Under the pieces are notes generated by a model. It was not told the origin of the DNA. It searched no databases and saw only the letters and a program-made list of their open reading frames with translations. 64,000 nucleotides of DNA from an uncultured bacterium (GTDB taxonomy: Bacteria; Babelota; Babeliae; Babelales; RVW-14). The DNA lies in the NCBI GenBank assembly GCA_963759805.1, contig CAVXAT010000001.1:295915-359914 (forward strand), in the 5' to 3' direction. Position numbers and translations under genes: made by a program. Positions 19,541-30,276 of this stretch are shown here, piece after piece (the stretch's first letter is position 1; each line of letters begins with the position of its first letter).

Positions 19541-20544
19541 AAAGTTAAGCATGGGCTGGTAAATTAAGCATAAACTTGCTTCGAAGTGATGGCTTTTTTG
19601 GCAAGAAACAATATGCAACAAGTCCGGCAATAAGATTGACAACAAAGTTTGTTGGGCTGCGATGTCGAGAGTGCTCTATTTGACAGGTTTCTTTGAGTAT
19701 ACAGTTGACTGATTCTATGATTCCACGCTTACTAAGGCCAAGTCTATCTTCCATTTCCATGATTTGAATTTTCATTTTTTTCTTCAATTTTGTAATGAGT
19801 TTTATGCCTTTTGCAAAAAGCGCGTCAAAGAGCTTCTTTGAAATATATCCTCGATCTCCCCAAAGCTTTCCGAAGCACTTTCGGGCAAGGTTGGTTACTA
19901 CAGATGCGTTGTTGTCGGCAACATTACCAGGTGTGAGCATGAAAGATACTATCTCTCCGCACTAATTGATAATCAGATGAAGTTTAAATCCATAAAACCA
20001 TCCAGTAGACGTTTTTCCGCGTGCAGCAATTCCAGAAAACACCTTGTTTCTGTTGATTCGCAAATTATGACATACATGAAGCTTTGTTGAATCGATAAAT
20101 CCAAAGCCTGTACATTTGTTTTTACAACACAAATTCATAAAAATTGTTAACGGCACAAGAGCCTGCGGAACCAGCTCTATAAAGCGATTATAGCTGACGA
20201 TCCCGTCGAATGCGCCCTTCAAATCGCCACATTCTTTATAATATTTTTTAAAAGTACGATATCCAGAGTGATGAAAATAAATGAGTATCGTCAGAATGTC
20301 ACTGAGAGACATTCTTTTCTGTTCTCTTTTTACCAATGCCGATAAATCTGCAGAAATTGAATGTGCATCTAGATGTGTTTTAAAATCTTTACAAAAATTG
20401 TCTACGTCATAAAAAATTTGAGTTAAAATCATTTTACTTCCCTTTTTGAAATCCTTTTTTAGATTGGTTTTAACATTCTAAATCTATAGAGGATTTGCTT
20501 TAAGGGAAGTCCTTTTCAAAGAATTTTAATTGTCGAACTCAGGT
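19521..20544 (-). mobile_element. IS982-family insertion sequence (~1.0 kb)
   Basis: Terminal IRs ACCTGAGTTCGAC/GTCGAACTCAGGT; IS982-type transposase inside. Confidence 0.9.
19545..20432 (-). pseudogene. IS982 DDE transposase with an in-frame TAG at 19962-19964
   Basis: GWFYGFKLHLIIN*CGEIVSFMLTPGN reads through in one frame; GDRGYIS and IEHSRHRS motifs. Confidence 0.9.
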
Positions 20545-21075
20545 TATATTAATCCGTATCCATTGATTAGAGTACAAAGAACAAAAGGCTTTCTTGATTC
20601 TGATCATTTTGGACCATTTAGGATCCCAGAATTTTTAGGATTGCAATACATGGTAGATCCTCAGTTCTCAGTTTGTACTTACGATCCATCAAAACCGCTT
20701 TCTGATCAACCATTTTATAAACTTAATCAGAACGAAGTTATCAAAAACCGGTTAACCGGCACTCCTATGATTATTCCTGCACATACGCCAATGCAGGCTG
20801 ATACATTTGGCCCCATGACCATTCCTGATGGAAAGTATTGGATGATGGGTGACAGCAGAAATAATAGCGGCGATAGCCGTTACTGGGGACTGCTTGATGA
20901 AAGTTTGATTCACGGACGTGCAAGCTTTATTATTTTATCGATAGATACCTCAGAATCCTTTTGGATCTATGATCTCATAAAACACCCTATCGATTTTTGG
21001 ACAAAACACATTCGATGGAACTGTTTCTTCAAAGGATTAGGGAAGTATTACGGAAGACCTGATTTAGAAAATTAA
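20545..21075 (+). pseudogene. lepB: C-terminal fragment of signal peptidase I
   Basis: Box E YWMMGDSRNNSGDSRYWG; N-terminal part with the catalytic Ser/Lys is missing, cut at the IS982 end. Confidence 0.8.
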
Positions 21076-21120
21076 AAGCTGTACCAAAAATCCCACAAGC
21101 TGTGGGACAAACGAAACAAA

Positions 21121-21669
21121 ATGACAATGCAATATAAATTCACTTTTACCCCAATTGAAGAAAAGAATTTTCCATCATTACAATCATTATTACAAAAGTG
21201 GTTTGAAATGCCTCATGTTGAACAATGGTGGCCTGTGCCAAGAGAAGGCGAGGATTTTTTCAACTCATTTCTAAAACGCATTCGTTCCGGCACACAACCT
21301 TATCTTGTTTTGTGTAATGATATAGCTATCGGCTACATCCAATGTTATAGCGTTGATTTAACCAAAAGCACGTGGTTGCCTAAATTATCCGACAATAAAA
21401 CCGGCAATATAATTGGCATCGACCAGTTTATTGGTGAACCAGATTATCTGAACAAGGGTATCGGAACTCTCTTTATCAAAGAGTTTGTTAAAAATCTTAT
21501 AGCCAAAGATAAAACCTTGACCATTGTTGTGGATCCGGATCCAACAAATGCTGCCGCAATCAGGTGTTATGAAAAAGTAGGCTTTAAAAAACTTGGTGAA
21601 TACCAGGCGCCATGGGGCCCAGCCTTGGTTATGAGCTATAAGTTGAATGCTAAAAATTGCCAATTTTGA
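21121..21669 (+). CDS. GNAT acetyltransferase (AAC(6')-Ib-like clade)
   Basis: PHVEQWW, IGYIQ, GIDQFIGEPDYLNKGIG, DPDPTNAAAIRCYEKVGF. Confidence 0.85.
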   Translation: MTMQYKFTFTPIEEKNFPSLQSLLQKWFEMPHVEQWWPVPREGEDFFNSFLKRIRSGTQPYLVLCNDIAIGYIQCYSVDLTKSTWLPKLSDNKTGNIIGIDQFIGEPDYLNKGIGTLFIKEFVKNLIAKDKTLTIVVDPDPTNAAAIRCYEKVGFKKLGEYQAPWGPALVMSYKLNAKNCQF

Positions 21670-21787
21670 TCTATTTCTATTTAAATCTCGCGCTGTGAAT
21701 CAAAATTGCATCAATTGATTCAATTTTGATTCAATTGATGCAATTAATATTTCAATAGACTTCTTGCATAATTTGGAATTCTAAAAA

Positions 21788-21921
21788 GGCGCGCTCGTGG
21801 TTCCTTCGACAGGCTCCCAGGCTTCGCCCTTCGTGTCTACGCCGGGCACGGCAGGACGAGCGCCATCGAGCTGGCGCGCTCGTGGTGAGCTTGTCGAACC
21901 ATCACCGATAGGTGACGCGCC
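21788..21921. repeat. Intergenic composite palindromic element
   Basis: About 120 bp nearly identical to 40795-40913. Confidence 0.9.
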
Positions 21922-21952
21922 GGGTTAATGGACGACACGAGATAATTTCCCC

Positions 21953-22882
21953 CTACTTCGGTTCACTGAGAAATAATCCTGATTTTTCGCATTCACTTAT
22001 TTCAACATTAGTCCACTCTAGATTTTGTCCCATCAGCATTATATGTTCTTTGATCAAAGGATCATCAGGCCGTTCAAGCTCATTCCTACGATAGTCCGTA
22101 AGCAGATTCAGAAGAATAAGCCTTTGTTTTTTAAGCAACTCACATCTTTCCCCCAAAAGCATTTTATGACGTTTTTCTCTTTCTTGCGCCCAAATCTTAT
22201 CCATACTAGTAAGTTGTCTTATACATTCTACAATGCTTGCAACAAGTAAAAAGCCATATACAATTTGCTCATCGCTGCCATTATCATTAATAATAATATT
22301 ATCAACCAGTCGTGTTGCTGTATTTATCCATTTTAAAAGTACGCGACCTTGTGACCACGAATTTTTTACGCCATCAAAATGAGCTACGACCAACGCAGTA
22401 AATCCCTCAATTATCGGCAGTGCTATGGAATGACAAATAATCAGAGATTTTTTTAATTTTTTTTCAACATCATTTCCAGAATCATTCTCAGGTTTTTCTT
22501 CTTTTTTTATGAAGCAATCCCGAATATGTGCAAGCAAACTTGCAGAATCATACAAAGCCCAAAACCTGTCATATGATTGAAAATCAAACTCGTTTGAATG
22601 AAAATCGTTCACCTCACGCTTATTAGCAATTGCAAGAAATGAACTTGATAATCTCAGAACATCATTAAGTAAAATAAAAGCATGCCCAGCTTTTGTTTTA
22701 TGATCATTCAAATTCGCTTTGTTGGCTGCAATTCCAACGGGAATTCGGGCCAGGGCCGCTACTTCTTGCGCAAGCGCAGTGGAACAGTCAGCATTTGAGA
22801 ATGCAACAAAAAATTCGAAACCCAATAAAAAAATTATTGTTGAACGTGCAATAATTTTTGACAGTATCTTGTTTTTATACAT
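21953..22882 (-). CDS. Hypothetical membrane or secreted protein
   Basis: 309-aa ORF, signal peptide plus hydrophobic segments. Confidence 0.7.
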   Translation of the reverse strand: MYKNKILSKIIARSTIIFLLGFEFFVAFSNADCSTALAQEVAALARIPVGIAANKANLNDHKTKAGHAFILLNDVLRLSSSFLAIANKREVNDFHSNEFDFQSYDRFWALYDSASLLAHIRDCFIKKEEKPENDSGNDVEKKLKKSLIICHSIALPIIEGFTALVVAHFDGVKNSWSQGRVLLKWINTATRLVDNIIINDNGSDEQIVYGFLLVASIVECIRQLTSMDKIWAQEREKRHKMLLGERCELLKKQRLILLNLLTDYRRNELERPDDPLIKEHIMLMGQNLEWTNVEISECEKSGLFLSEPK

Positions 22883-22909
22883 TTTGTTCTCCTACAACTA
22901 ATTTTTCCC

Positions 22910-23410
22910 CTATTTCAATTCATTAAAATTCAAAATCTGAATCTTATTTCCCAGTGCACTGATAAATTTTCGTAAATCATCCGGTGATATAAATGTGGTT
23001 GCATCGTTGGTCAATGGATGAAATCCCAACGTTTGATGATCAAACAAACCCTTGTCCAGCACAACATTAACAACGTGATTTTTATCATTGATAAGGCCAA
23101 ATAGCGTCACCGAACCTGCAGTGACGCCCAGATAACTTTGCAACAAATTTTCATTAGCAAAACGTAATTCAGGGGCATGAATAATTTTGGATAAATCTTT
23201 CAATTTGATTTGCGTATCAAAAAGTGCAACCACAAGCCAAAAATTCTTTTTACTATCCTTGAGAAAAAGATTTTTGCATTGACCAAACGGTGGGAACTCT
23301 TTGAAAACAGCCACAGCTTCATCAACTGTAAAAACAGGTTTGTGACTGTGTGTTTGGTATTTTATCTTTAAATCATCTAAAAATTTGAATAATGGCTGCG
23401 CGACTACCAT
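22910..23410 (-). CDS. YbaK/ProX-family aminoacyl-tRNA deacylase (prolyl-tRNA editing)
   Basis: KNLFLKD, LGVTAGSVTLFGL, FHPLTNDAT. Confidence 0.9.
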   Translation of the reverse strand: MVVAQPLFKFLDDLKIKYQTHSHKPVFTVDEAVAVFKEFPPFGQCKNLFLKDSKKNFWLVVALFDTQIKLKDLSKIIHAPELRFANENLLQSYLGVTAGSVTLFGLINDKNHVVNVVLDKGLFDHQTLGFHPLTNDATTFISPDDLRKFISALGNKIQILNFNELK

Positions 23411-23433
23411 TTTTCATGCCCTTTTAAAATTTC

Positions 23434-26388
23434 TTATTTTTTTAAAATATCAGAGCAACGTTTGCAGAGCTGTTCAGCATTATCTGTAACTTCCCACTGC
23501 CAACAGCGCAAGCATTTAATGCCATCAGCATGCTCTACCTTAACATGCAACCAATCCAAATCGGTTTTCTCAAGGGGTTTGTTATTTTTTTCAAATTCAA
23601 CTTGAGAAACGATAAACCAGTCTTTGAAGAATCGGGTAACATCTTCCTTCTGTGCCAATTTATCGATAAATTCTTTTAGCTGCTTGCCTTCTGCTGAGTC
23701 CGGATTAATGTGAAGCAAAACTTTGCCCTCTAGTGAATGCTTAACAACACCCTTCTCTCTCAAGCCTTCAATTGACTTAAGAACAGTATCGCGCATTGCC
23801 TCCAACAACGCCCACAAATTCAAATCAGCCCCCTGCTCAAAAACAGGTCTTTCTATCCCCTGAACTCTATCGGCAATCAAGCCCTCAGGCACAGAATCTT
23901 TAAACTCTTGTGCAATTTTTGGACTTAAAAAATCCTGTAAATGAATAGACTCCGATTTATTTTTTTGGTAAAAATCAGAAACCTCTTCGGCTAAAAATGA
24001 TAGGACCGGAGCCATTAAGCGAGTAAGTGTATCAAGGTTGTGGTATAACACCGTCTGGACGGATCTGCGCAGTTGGCCGTCAGCCTTTTCTACATATAAA
24101 CGATCTTTGGATATATCAAGATAAAGTGCACTTAAATCGTTTGCACAGTAATTATTTAATGTAGAAACAACAAGAGAGAATTTATAATTATCGTAGGCAG
24201 ATCTAATTGTTTTATCAATATCAATCAGTTTTGCCATTGCATACTGATCGATTGCAAGCATGTCTTTGAATGCAACACCATCTTTTGCAATATCAAAATC
24301 ATAAAGATTGGAGATCAAAAAGCGACATGTGTTACGGATTTTTTTGTACATCTCAGACACGTTGCCCAGCAATCTTTCTGATACAACAACATCACCCTCA
24401 AAATCTGAACTTGCGACCCACAGGCGTAAAATGTCTCTGCTGTATTTTTTAACAATATCCTGCGGAGCAATAACGTTACCAAGCGATTTGGACATTTTTA
24501 ATTTATTCTCATCAACAACATACCCATGCGTTAAGATATTTTTGGTCTGGGTATGGCCATTGATAACCATTGAGCATAATAATGAGCTTTGAAACCACCC
24601 ACGATGTTGATCTGAACCTTCAAGATAAAGATCGGCCGGAACTCCCAATTTCTCTGGCTCGCGGGCCAAAACTGCAAAAAAGCTAGCCCCTGAATCAAAC
24701 CAGACATCAAGAATGTCCTGCTCTTTTTTAAATTTCGCCAAATCAGAGTTGCCGCATTTTGAGCACTTGAGATTTTTAGGTATAAGTCCAGAATCGATCA
24801 GATCTTGGACCGTAACTTTGTCCCAGTATTCAATGCCCTCTTTTTCGACTTTATCGGCAATTGCGCGAACAAATTTAGCGCTGATAAAAGCATTATCGCA
24901 ATATTCACAGAGCAGTGCCGGAATTGGAGTTCCCCAGATTCTCTGGCGGGAGATGCACCATTCCGTACGATTGGCGGTAAAAGCCAGCAGGCGGTTTTTG
25001 CCCCACTCCGGAATGAAATTAATTTTATCGATCTCTTTTAATGTATTTTGAACCAAATCGTTTTTCTGTAAGTCACAAAACCATTGATCCGTTGCTCTGA
25101 ATATCAAGCCGTTACGGCAACGCCAGCAGTGTGGATATGAGTGAGTAAAGGACTCTTTATGAACTAAACGTCCCAACTCTGCTAATTTTTTTATTACCCA
25201 AATTTGACCATCGACAACGGACATGCCATCAAGCTCTTCCGGCTTGATTCCGTAAGAGTATTTTCCCTCAGAAGAGATAGGTGAATAAACTTCAAGACCA
25301 CTTTTAACCCCAAAAATGTAATCTTCAAGCCCACAACCCGGTGCTATGTGTAAGCAGGCAGTTCCGTCTGTCGTTGTTACGATGTCACCGGTTAAAACCG
25401 GCACGTGCAAACCGGTAATGAACGGATGATTAACTTTTTTACCTGCAAAAACATCAGGATCAAATTCACAAATTTCATGCTTTTCAATATTTAGCATGGA
25501 ACAGATTTTACCGGCCAGATCTTTGCCGACGATATACGCCTGGTTTGGTTCTTTGCCTTGAATTATTACGTATTTTGCAGTTGGATTAAGAACAACGGCC
25601 CTGTTAAGAGGCAACGTCCATGGGGTTGTGGTCCAAACCAAAAATCCAATTTTCAGATTCGGTTTCTGCTCAAATGGATAAGGAAACACAAGCTGCGCTG
25701 TTTGATCTTCCAGTGGGAAAAAGACATAAATTGCTGGATCTTTGCGATCTTTGTACTCAATCTCGGCCGTGGCCAAAACCGTCTGGCACGATGCGCACCA
25801 AGGCACGGATTTGCCTTTGCGCTCGATATACCCTTTTTCAACAAAAATTCCAAATGCTCGCAAAATATCAGCTTCGTACTGTTTACTCATGGTCAGATAA
25901 GCATGATCATAGTCAGCAAGCTTGCCCATCTCCTTGAGCTCTTGACGCTGAATGGCTATCCATTTTGTTGCATAGTCACGGCAGTATTTTTTAAATGTTA
26001 CGCGATCAATTGATTGCCTGGTCGTTTCTATGCCCAACTCTGCAGTAACTTTTAATTCGATTGGCAATCCGTGGCAGTCCCAACCGGGAACTAGCGGAGC
26101 ATAGCATCCGTTCATTCTTTTTACTTTGCACACAATATCTTTTAAAATATTGTTCAGAGCATGGCCAATGTGCAGATTACCATTTGCATACGGTGGACCA
26201 TCATGCAGAACAAATTTCTTCTTGCCGTAGTTTTTTGATGTCCCTTTTTTATAAAGATCACCCTCTTCCCAGCGCTTTAAAATTTCAGGCTCTTTAATTG
26301 CAGAATTCGCACGTATCGAAAACTCGGTTTTGGGTAAATTCAGCGTATGCTGAAACGGATTTTTATTACTTTTCTCTGTCTCACTCAT
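23434..26388 (-). CDS. ileS: Isoleucine-tRNA ligase (type 1)
   Basis: HDGPPYANGNLHIGH, KMSKSLGN, C-terminal CxxC...CxxC. Confidence 0.98.
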   Translation of the reverse strand: MSETEKSNKNPFQHTLNLPKTEFSIRANSAIKEPEILKRWEEGDLYKKGTSKNYGKKKFVLHDGPPYANGNLHIGHALNNILKDIVCKVKRMNGCYAPLVPGWDCHGLPIELKVTAELGIETTRQSIDRVTFKKYCRDYATKWIAIQRQELKEMGKLADYDHAYLTMSKQYEADILRAFGIFVEKGYIERKGKSVPWCASCQTVLATAEIEYKDRKDPAIYVFFPLEDQTAQLVFPYPFEQKPNLKIGFLVWTTTPWTLPLNRAVVLNPTAKYVIIQGKEPNQAYIVGKDLAGKICSMLNIEKHEICEFDPDVFAGKKVNHPFITGLHVPVLTGDIVTTTDGTACLHIAPGCGLEDYIFGVKSGLEVYSPISSEGKYSYGIKPEELDGMSVVDGQIWVIKKLAELGRLVHKESFTHSYPHCWRCRNGLIFRATDQWFCDLQKNDLVQNTLKEIDKINFIPEWGKNRLLAFTANRTEWCISRQRIWGTPIPALLCEYCDNAFISAKFVRAIADKVEKEGIEYWDKVTVQDLIDSGLIPKNLKCSKCGNSDLAKFKKEQDILDVWFDSGASFFAVLAREPEKLGVPADLYLEGSDQHRGWFQSSLLCSMVINGHTQTKNILTHGYVVDENKLKMSKSLGNVIAPQDIVKKYSRDILRLWVASSDFEGDVVVSERLLGNVSEMYKKIRNTCRFLISNLYDFDIAKDGVAFKDMLAIDQYAMAKLIDIDKTIRSAYDNYKFSLVVSTLNNYCANDLSALYLDISKDRLYVEKADGQLRRSVQTVLYHNLDTLTRLMAPVLSFLAEEVSDFYQKNKSESIHLQDFLSPKIAQEFKDSVPEGLIADRVQGIERPVFEQGADLNLWALLEAMRDTVLKSIEGLREKGVVKHSLEGKVLLHINPDSAEGKQLKEFIDKLAQKEDVTRFFKDWFIVSQVEFEKNNKPLEKTDLDWLHVKVEHADGIKCLRCWQWEVTDNAEQLCKRCSDILKK

Positions 26389-26674
26389 GACAATCCTAAA
26401 TTAGCAAGACTCATATTGTATCCAGACCTGTCTTGCATAAAGTTAAACAGTAAATTTAAACATTAGAATTATAGAATATAAAGGCAAATTAATCAAAACA
26501 GACTTTTTTAGGCCCAAAATTACTCATCCCCGCAGGGGATCTGTTTCTTACCTCTAATCAGCCCCATTTTCCTCAACAATCTTTAAGATATATTTCAAAC
26601 TTCTTGTAATGGGAAGAGTAATTGCATTATTTTAAAGCATGTGTAAAAAATTATAAAAAAAGGGGATTCGGCCA

Positions 26675-28006
26675 ATGGAAAAAAAAATAATATTTTCAAT
26701 GTTAATACTTTCAGCTTTTACTATTTTTGCAACAACTACATCAATTAACGCCATGCGCCAAACGCCAACAGAAGTTTTGAAAACAAATTTAACACACTTA
26801 AAAAATTCGCTTGCAGGGTTAAAAAATAAATTGGAACAACTAAGCGATAGGCTGAACCAATTAAACAGCAGGTTAAAACCAATAAAGCCTGAACATCTAC
26901 CCCTAAATGAATCAATAGAACTAGACCCTGCACTTTCGCACTGGGCAACAGAGAAACACTTAACTTTGATCCATTTTAGAAGCTTGCAACAGCACAATTC
27001 ATGGATTTGTGGATACTACGCCATGTACAACGCAAAATTTATAGACAATGCAATCCGAGAAGCATTAGATCAAAATAAAAATATTCTTGAGTATATAAAC
27101 GAAAAATTAAAATCCGATGAGTACAAAGATGGTTTTAAGCTTTTTCAAAAACAAACATCGGAAGAGATATATGGAGCAGAAAACGTCCAGCTAATAACCG
27201 AAAAAATTGGAGACTTACAACAAACACCTTTTTATGTTCCAAAAGATTCAATTATTAATGGACTTGTCACAGGAAAAGCTATGTTGATCGTATATACGCC
27301 AGAACAACAGACTGCAAAATATTCCGATGATAAAATATGCCAAGAACTTACAAAAAATATAAGGGACCAACTTTTGAATGTTTCTCAAAGTTTTAAGGTA
27401 GGCGCAGCAATAATTACCGGAATAATTTATAGCAATGAATATCTAGGCCTAATGAACGAAGCAGATGCTGGAATAGCACTATATGCCGTCGATCTTAGAG
27501 ACAAAGATAAAACTTTTCTAGAGAAACTAAGAACTCATTTTGGCACGAATAACAACGATAAGGCGCTGTCAACATCAGGTTATTTTAATAATTATCTTTT
27601 TAAAGATAAGCAACCAACTAACGAAGAAATAAAACAAATCATTGATATTTTGATCAAGATAAAAAAAGAATCTGAGGGGCCAATAAAACAAGAAAAAACT
27701 ATTGAAGAAATAGTATCAACATCAAAATTAGGATTTTCGCCTGATCAATTTGCAACATCAAACACAAAAAATTTAAAAGCCAAGCTTTCGAGCATTCATA
27801 AATCACAACAGCCAGGCTTCTTAACAATCATAAAACCCTCTGGTGAACACTTTGTTATGTTAACAGTTCTAAACTTAGGAAAAAACAAAGGGGAAATTAT
27901 AATAATAATGGATTCGCTTAACACATTACCTAGTGATGACAGATACCAAAATCATATCATCACGCCTATAAAGGAACTTGGAAAGCTGTTAGATGTAAGC
28001 CACTAA
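26675..28006 (+). CDS. Secreted coiled-coil protein with candidate cysteine-protease motifs
   Basis: Signal peptide, heptad coiled coil, QQHNSWICGYY ... EHFVML ... IMDSLN. Confidence 0.7.
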   Translation: MEKKIIFSMLILSAFTIFATTTSINAMRQTPTEVLKTNLTHLKNSLAGLKNKLEQLSDRLNQLNSRLKPIKPEHLPLNESIELDPALSHWATEKHLTLIHFRSLQQHNSWICGYYAMYNAKFIDNAIREALDQNKNILEYINEKLKSDEYKDGFKLFQKQTSEEIYGAENVQLITEKIGDLQQTPFYVPKDSIINGLVTGKAMLIVYTPEQQTAKYSDDKICQELTKNIRDQLLNVSQSFKVGAAIITGIIYSNEYLGLMNEADAGIALYAVDLRDKDKTFLEKLRTHFGTNNNDKALSTSGYFNNYLFKDKQPTNEEIKQIIDILIKIKKESEGPIKQEKTIEEIVSTSKLGFSPDQFATSNTKNLKAKLSSIHKSQQPGFLTIIKPSGEHFVMLTVLNLGKNKGEIIIIMDSLNTLPSDDRYQNHIITPIKELGKLLDVSH

Positions 28007-28032
28007 GAATCAGTTAGTGTTGTAAAACCATT

Positions 28033-28656
28033 TTACAAAGTACCCTCTAAAAAACGCACGAATACCAGATAATTGTTCGTACAAGCAAGAAAAACAAAAA
28101 ATGCAGCTAAAGTTCCCCCGGATGCTATTCCACAGGCTACCGATGCTAATGTACATCCCGCATCTTCTTTGTGTTTTGCATAAAAAGGGCTAAGAACTTC
28201 TTGTTGCTCAGGTGGCAACTTTGGCCAGATCTTGTTAATTTCCGGCGAAAATTCCTCCCGGATCTTATTAATTTCTGGCAAAAGTACCTCTTTGTTTGCA
28301 TAAATCTCACCACATAAATACAAAATAAGATTATGTGAAAGTTCTTCCATTCCTGTCTTAAGCACAGGATTAAGATCAGGATCCGAGGCAAGATCTTTTA
28401 TTTCCTTCACTGTACAAATAATTTCTACAATATTATCAATTCTTAAAACTGGAAAATTAGCTTTAAATAACTCCGTATAACCAGATTCAGTGTAACCGGA
28501 CAAAATAGTATTTGTTTTATCAGTTGCAAATACAAATGTTGGCAACTTTATCGGTTCGGTCTTTGTCGACATAGCCATTAATGTATTTATAGATGAAAGA
28601 AATAAGCTCAAAAAACATATTACGTGCGACACTTTAACTAATTTCACAGATTTCAC
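28033..28656 (-). CDS. Hypothetical protein with signal peptide and C-terminal TM segment
   Basis: 207-aa ORF, GTG start with AAGGAG SD. Confidence 0.7.
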   Translation of the reverse strand: MKSVKLVKVSHVICFLSLFLSSINTLMAMSTKTEPIKLPTFVFATDKTNTILSGYTESGYTELFKANFPVLRIDNIVEIICTVKEIKDLASDPDLNPVLKTGMEELSHNLILYLCGEIYANKEVLLPEINKIREEFSPEINKIWPKLPPEQQEVLSPFYAKHKEDAGCTLASVACGIASGGTLAAFFVFLACTNNYLVFVRFLEGTL

Positions 28657-28682
28657 AGAAAACTCCTTAGCCGTAAAATTAT

Positions 28683-28706
28683 GAGGCGAGACTTTTGGGC
28701 CTCGCC
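28683..28706. terminator. Terminator-like hairpin after the FKBP gene
   Basis: GAGGCGAG...CTCGCCTC stem. Confidence 0.6.
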
Positions 28707-28717
28707 TCTTTGTTTTT

Positions 28718-29218
28718 TTACTCTTCTACTTCAAGCAGCTCAACATCAAAAAGTAATGTTGCATTTCCAGGGATAACCCCTCCCGCACCTGTCTCACCAT
28801 AAGCAAGTTGTGGTGGAATAACCAATTGACGTTTTTCGCCAACCTTCATATCCAAAACACCCTCATCCCATCCCTTGATAACCTGTCCAACTCCGATACG
28901 GAACGAGAACGGTTGATTGCGGTCAACACTGCTATCAAATTGTTTTCCCTTAACAAGTTTTTCACCATCTTTTTCTGCAAGCCAACCGGTGTAATGAACC
29001 GTGACAGCTTTTCCATTTACCGGTTTTTTTGCATCAGCCAGAGCATCCTTTAAAATTTCAAATTTAAGCCCTGATGGCAAACTTACCATTTTTTCTGTCT
29101 CTTTTTTATCCGTCTTATCAGCCATATTAGCCTCTTGCGTTGTTTTTACCGGAGGTTGAGAGCAACCACTCAGCAGTACACATGCTACACATACACAAGC
29201 CAAACCCATCTTTTTCAT
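28718..29218 (-). CDS. FKBP-type peptidyl-prolyl isomerase, lipoprotein
   Basis: LSGC lipobox; [32 protein letters not shown]; start ATG 29218. Confidence 0.92.
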   Translation of the reverse strand: MKKMGLACVCVACVLLSGCSQPPVKTTQEANMADKTDKKETEKMVSLPSGLKFEILKDALADAKKPVNGKAVTVHYTGWLAEKDGEKLVKGKQFDSSVDRNQPFSFRIGVGQVIKGWDEGVLDMKVGEKRQLVIPPQLAYGETGAGGVIPGNATLLFDVELLEVEE

Positions 29219-29292
29219 CAAAAACTCCTCACAAAAAATATTACCCAACACGAAAAAAAACATTAACCGACACGTATACGATTGTAAATTTT

Positions 29293-30276
29293 TTAAGAAT
29301 ATTTTCTAGTCCTAATTTCATATAAATTTAAAATAGGTAAAACTGCTTTCAAAATTTTGTTAGTAATATTGTCTACACTCAAGCCAGCTTTATTTCGCAA
29401 GTAATCTCTAGATCCGGCTTCATGAAAATACTCATCCGAAAAAGCAAAGGCTTTAAATCGAATTTTTCTCTCAATATTTTGGCAAAGGTGCATTGCAACA
29501 ACATCTCCCAATCCACCAATAATGCTGTGATCTTCGATTGTAAAAATCGACAATAAAGAATTACTTCGCGAATTAATAAAATCAAAATTTAACGGTTTAA
29601 TAGTTGGAATACTACAAAGTCCAATATCTATGCCCAAATCTCTTAATTTTTTGCACACATCAAATGCAATACTCAAAATATCTCCCAATGCCAAAATCAA
29701 ATTTTTGTCACTTGGAATTAGTTCGATAGATTGACCCAACTTTATGCTAAACTTTGAATTACTGGTACTTGGGTATAAAATCTTTTCTTCGTTTTTTGAT
29801 AAACGCAAATATGCTGGGCTACGTAAATCATTAATTTGCGCCATTAAATTTTCCAATTCAAAGTTACTACCGGGAACAACTACAGTCATGTTTGGCAATG
29901 CACGCATCACTGCCACATCCTCGATTGCATGATGCGTTGCCCCCATAGCACCATAAGCAACCCCGGCGCCAACTCCCACCATGCATACGGGTAAATTTTG
30001 ATAACAGAGATCAACCCGAATTTGCTCAAAACAACGCATTGTAACAAATGGAATGATAGAATAAACAAATACCTTTTTACCAGTAAGCGCAAGGCCTGCA
30101 GCAACACCAATCATATTCTGTTCTGATATTCCTGCATTGATAAAACGATCAGGAAATTTTTCTTTAAACGGTTCAATTACAGAAAACCCCAAATCTCCTG
30201 CAATTAGATATATATCAGGGTCAATGCCAGCAAGCTCAACTAATTTTTGAATAAACAGTTTTCTCATGATTTTCAA
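29293..30276 (-). CDS. Transketolase-like C-terminal (pyrimidine-binding) subunit
   Basis: [40 protein letters not shown]. Confidence 0.9.
   Translation of the reverse strand: MKIMRKLFIQKLVELAGIDPDIYLIAGDLGFSVIEPFKEKFPDRFINAGISEQNMIGVAAGLALTGKKVFVYSIIPFVTMRCFEQIRVDLCYQNLPVCMVGVGAGVAYGAMGATHHAIEDVAVMRALPNMTVVVPGSNFELENLMAQINDLRSPAYLRLSKNEEKILYPSTSNSKFSIKLGQSIELIPSDKNLILALGDILSIAFDVCKKLRDLGIDIGLCSIPTIKPLNFDFINSRSNSLLSIFTIEDHSIIGGLGDVVAMHLCQNIERKIRFKAFAFSDEYFHEAGSRDYLRNKAGLSVDNITNKILKAVLPILNLYEIRTRKYS

Noticed and set aside
19962..19964. In-frame TAG (and TGA at 59203) as stop-codon recoding
   Set aside because: TAG and TGA terminate intact genes at expected positions in this window (for example the AAA ATPase and rplI), so code 11 with nonsense mutation or error is simpler.
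21121..21669. Bona fide aminoglycoside resistance gene or integron cassette
   Set aside because: Only family-level GNAT similarity; no attC site or integrase seen; substrate unknown.
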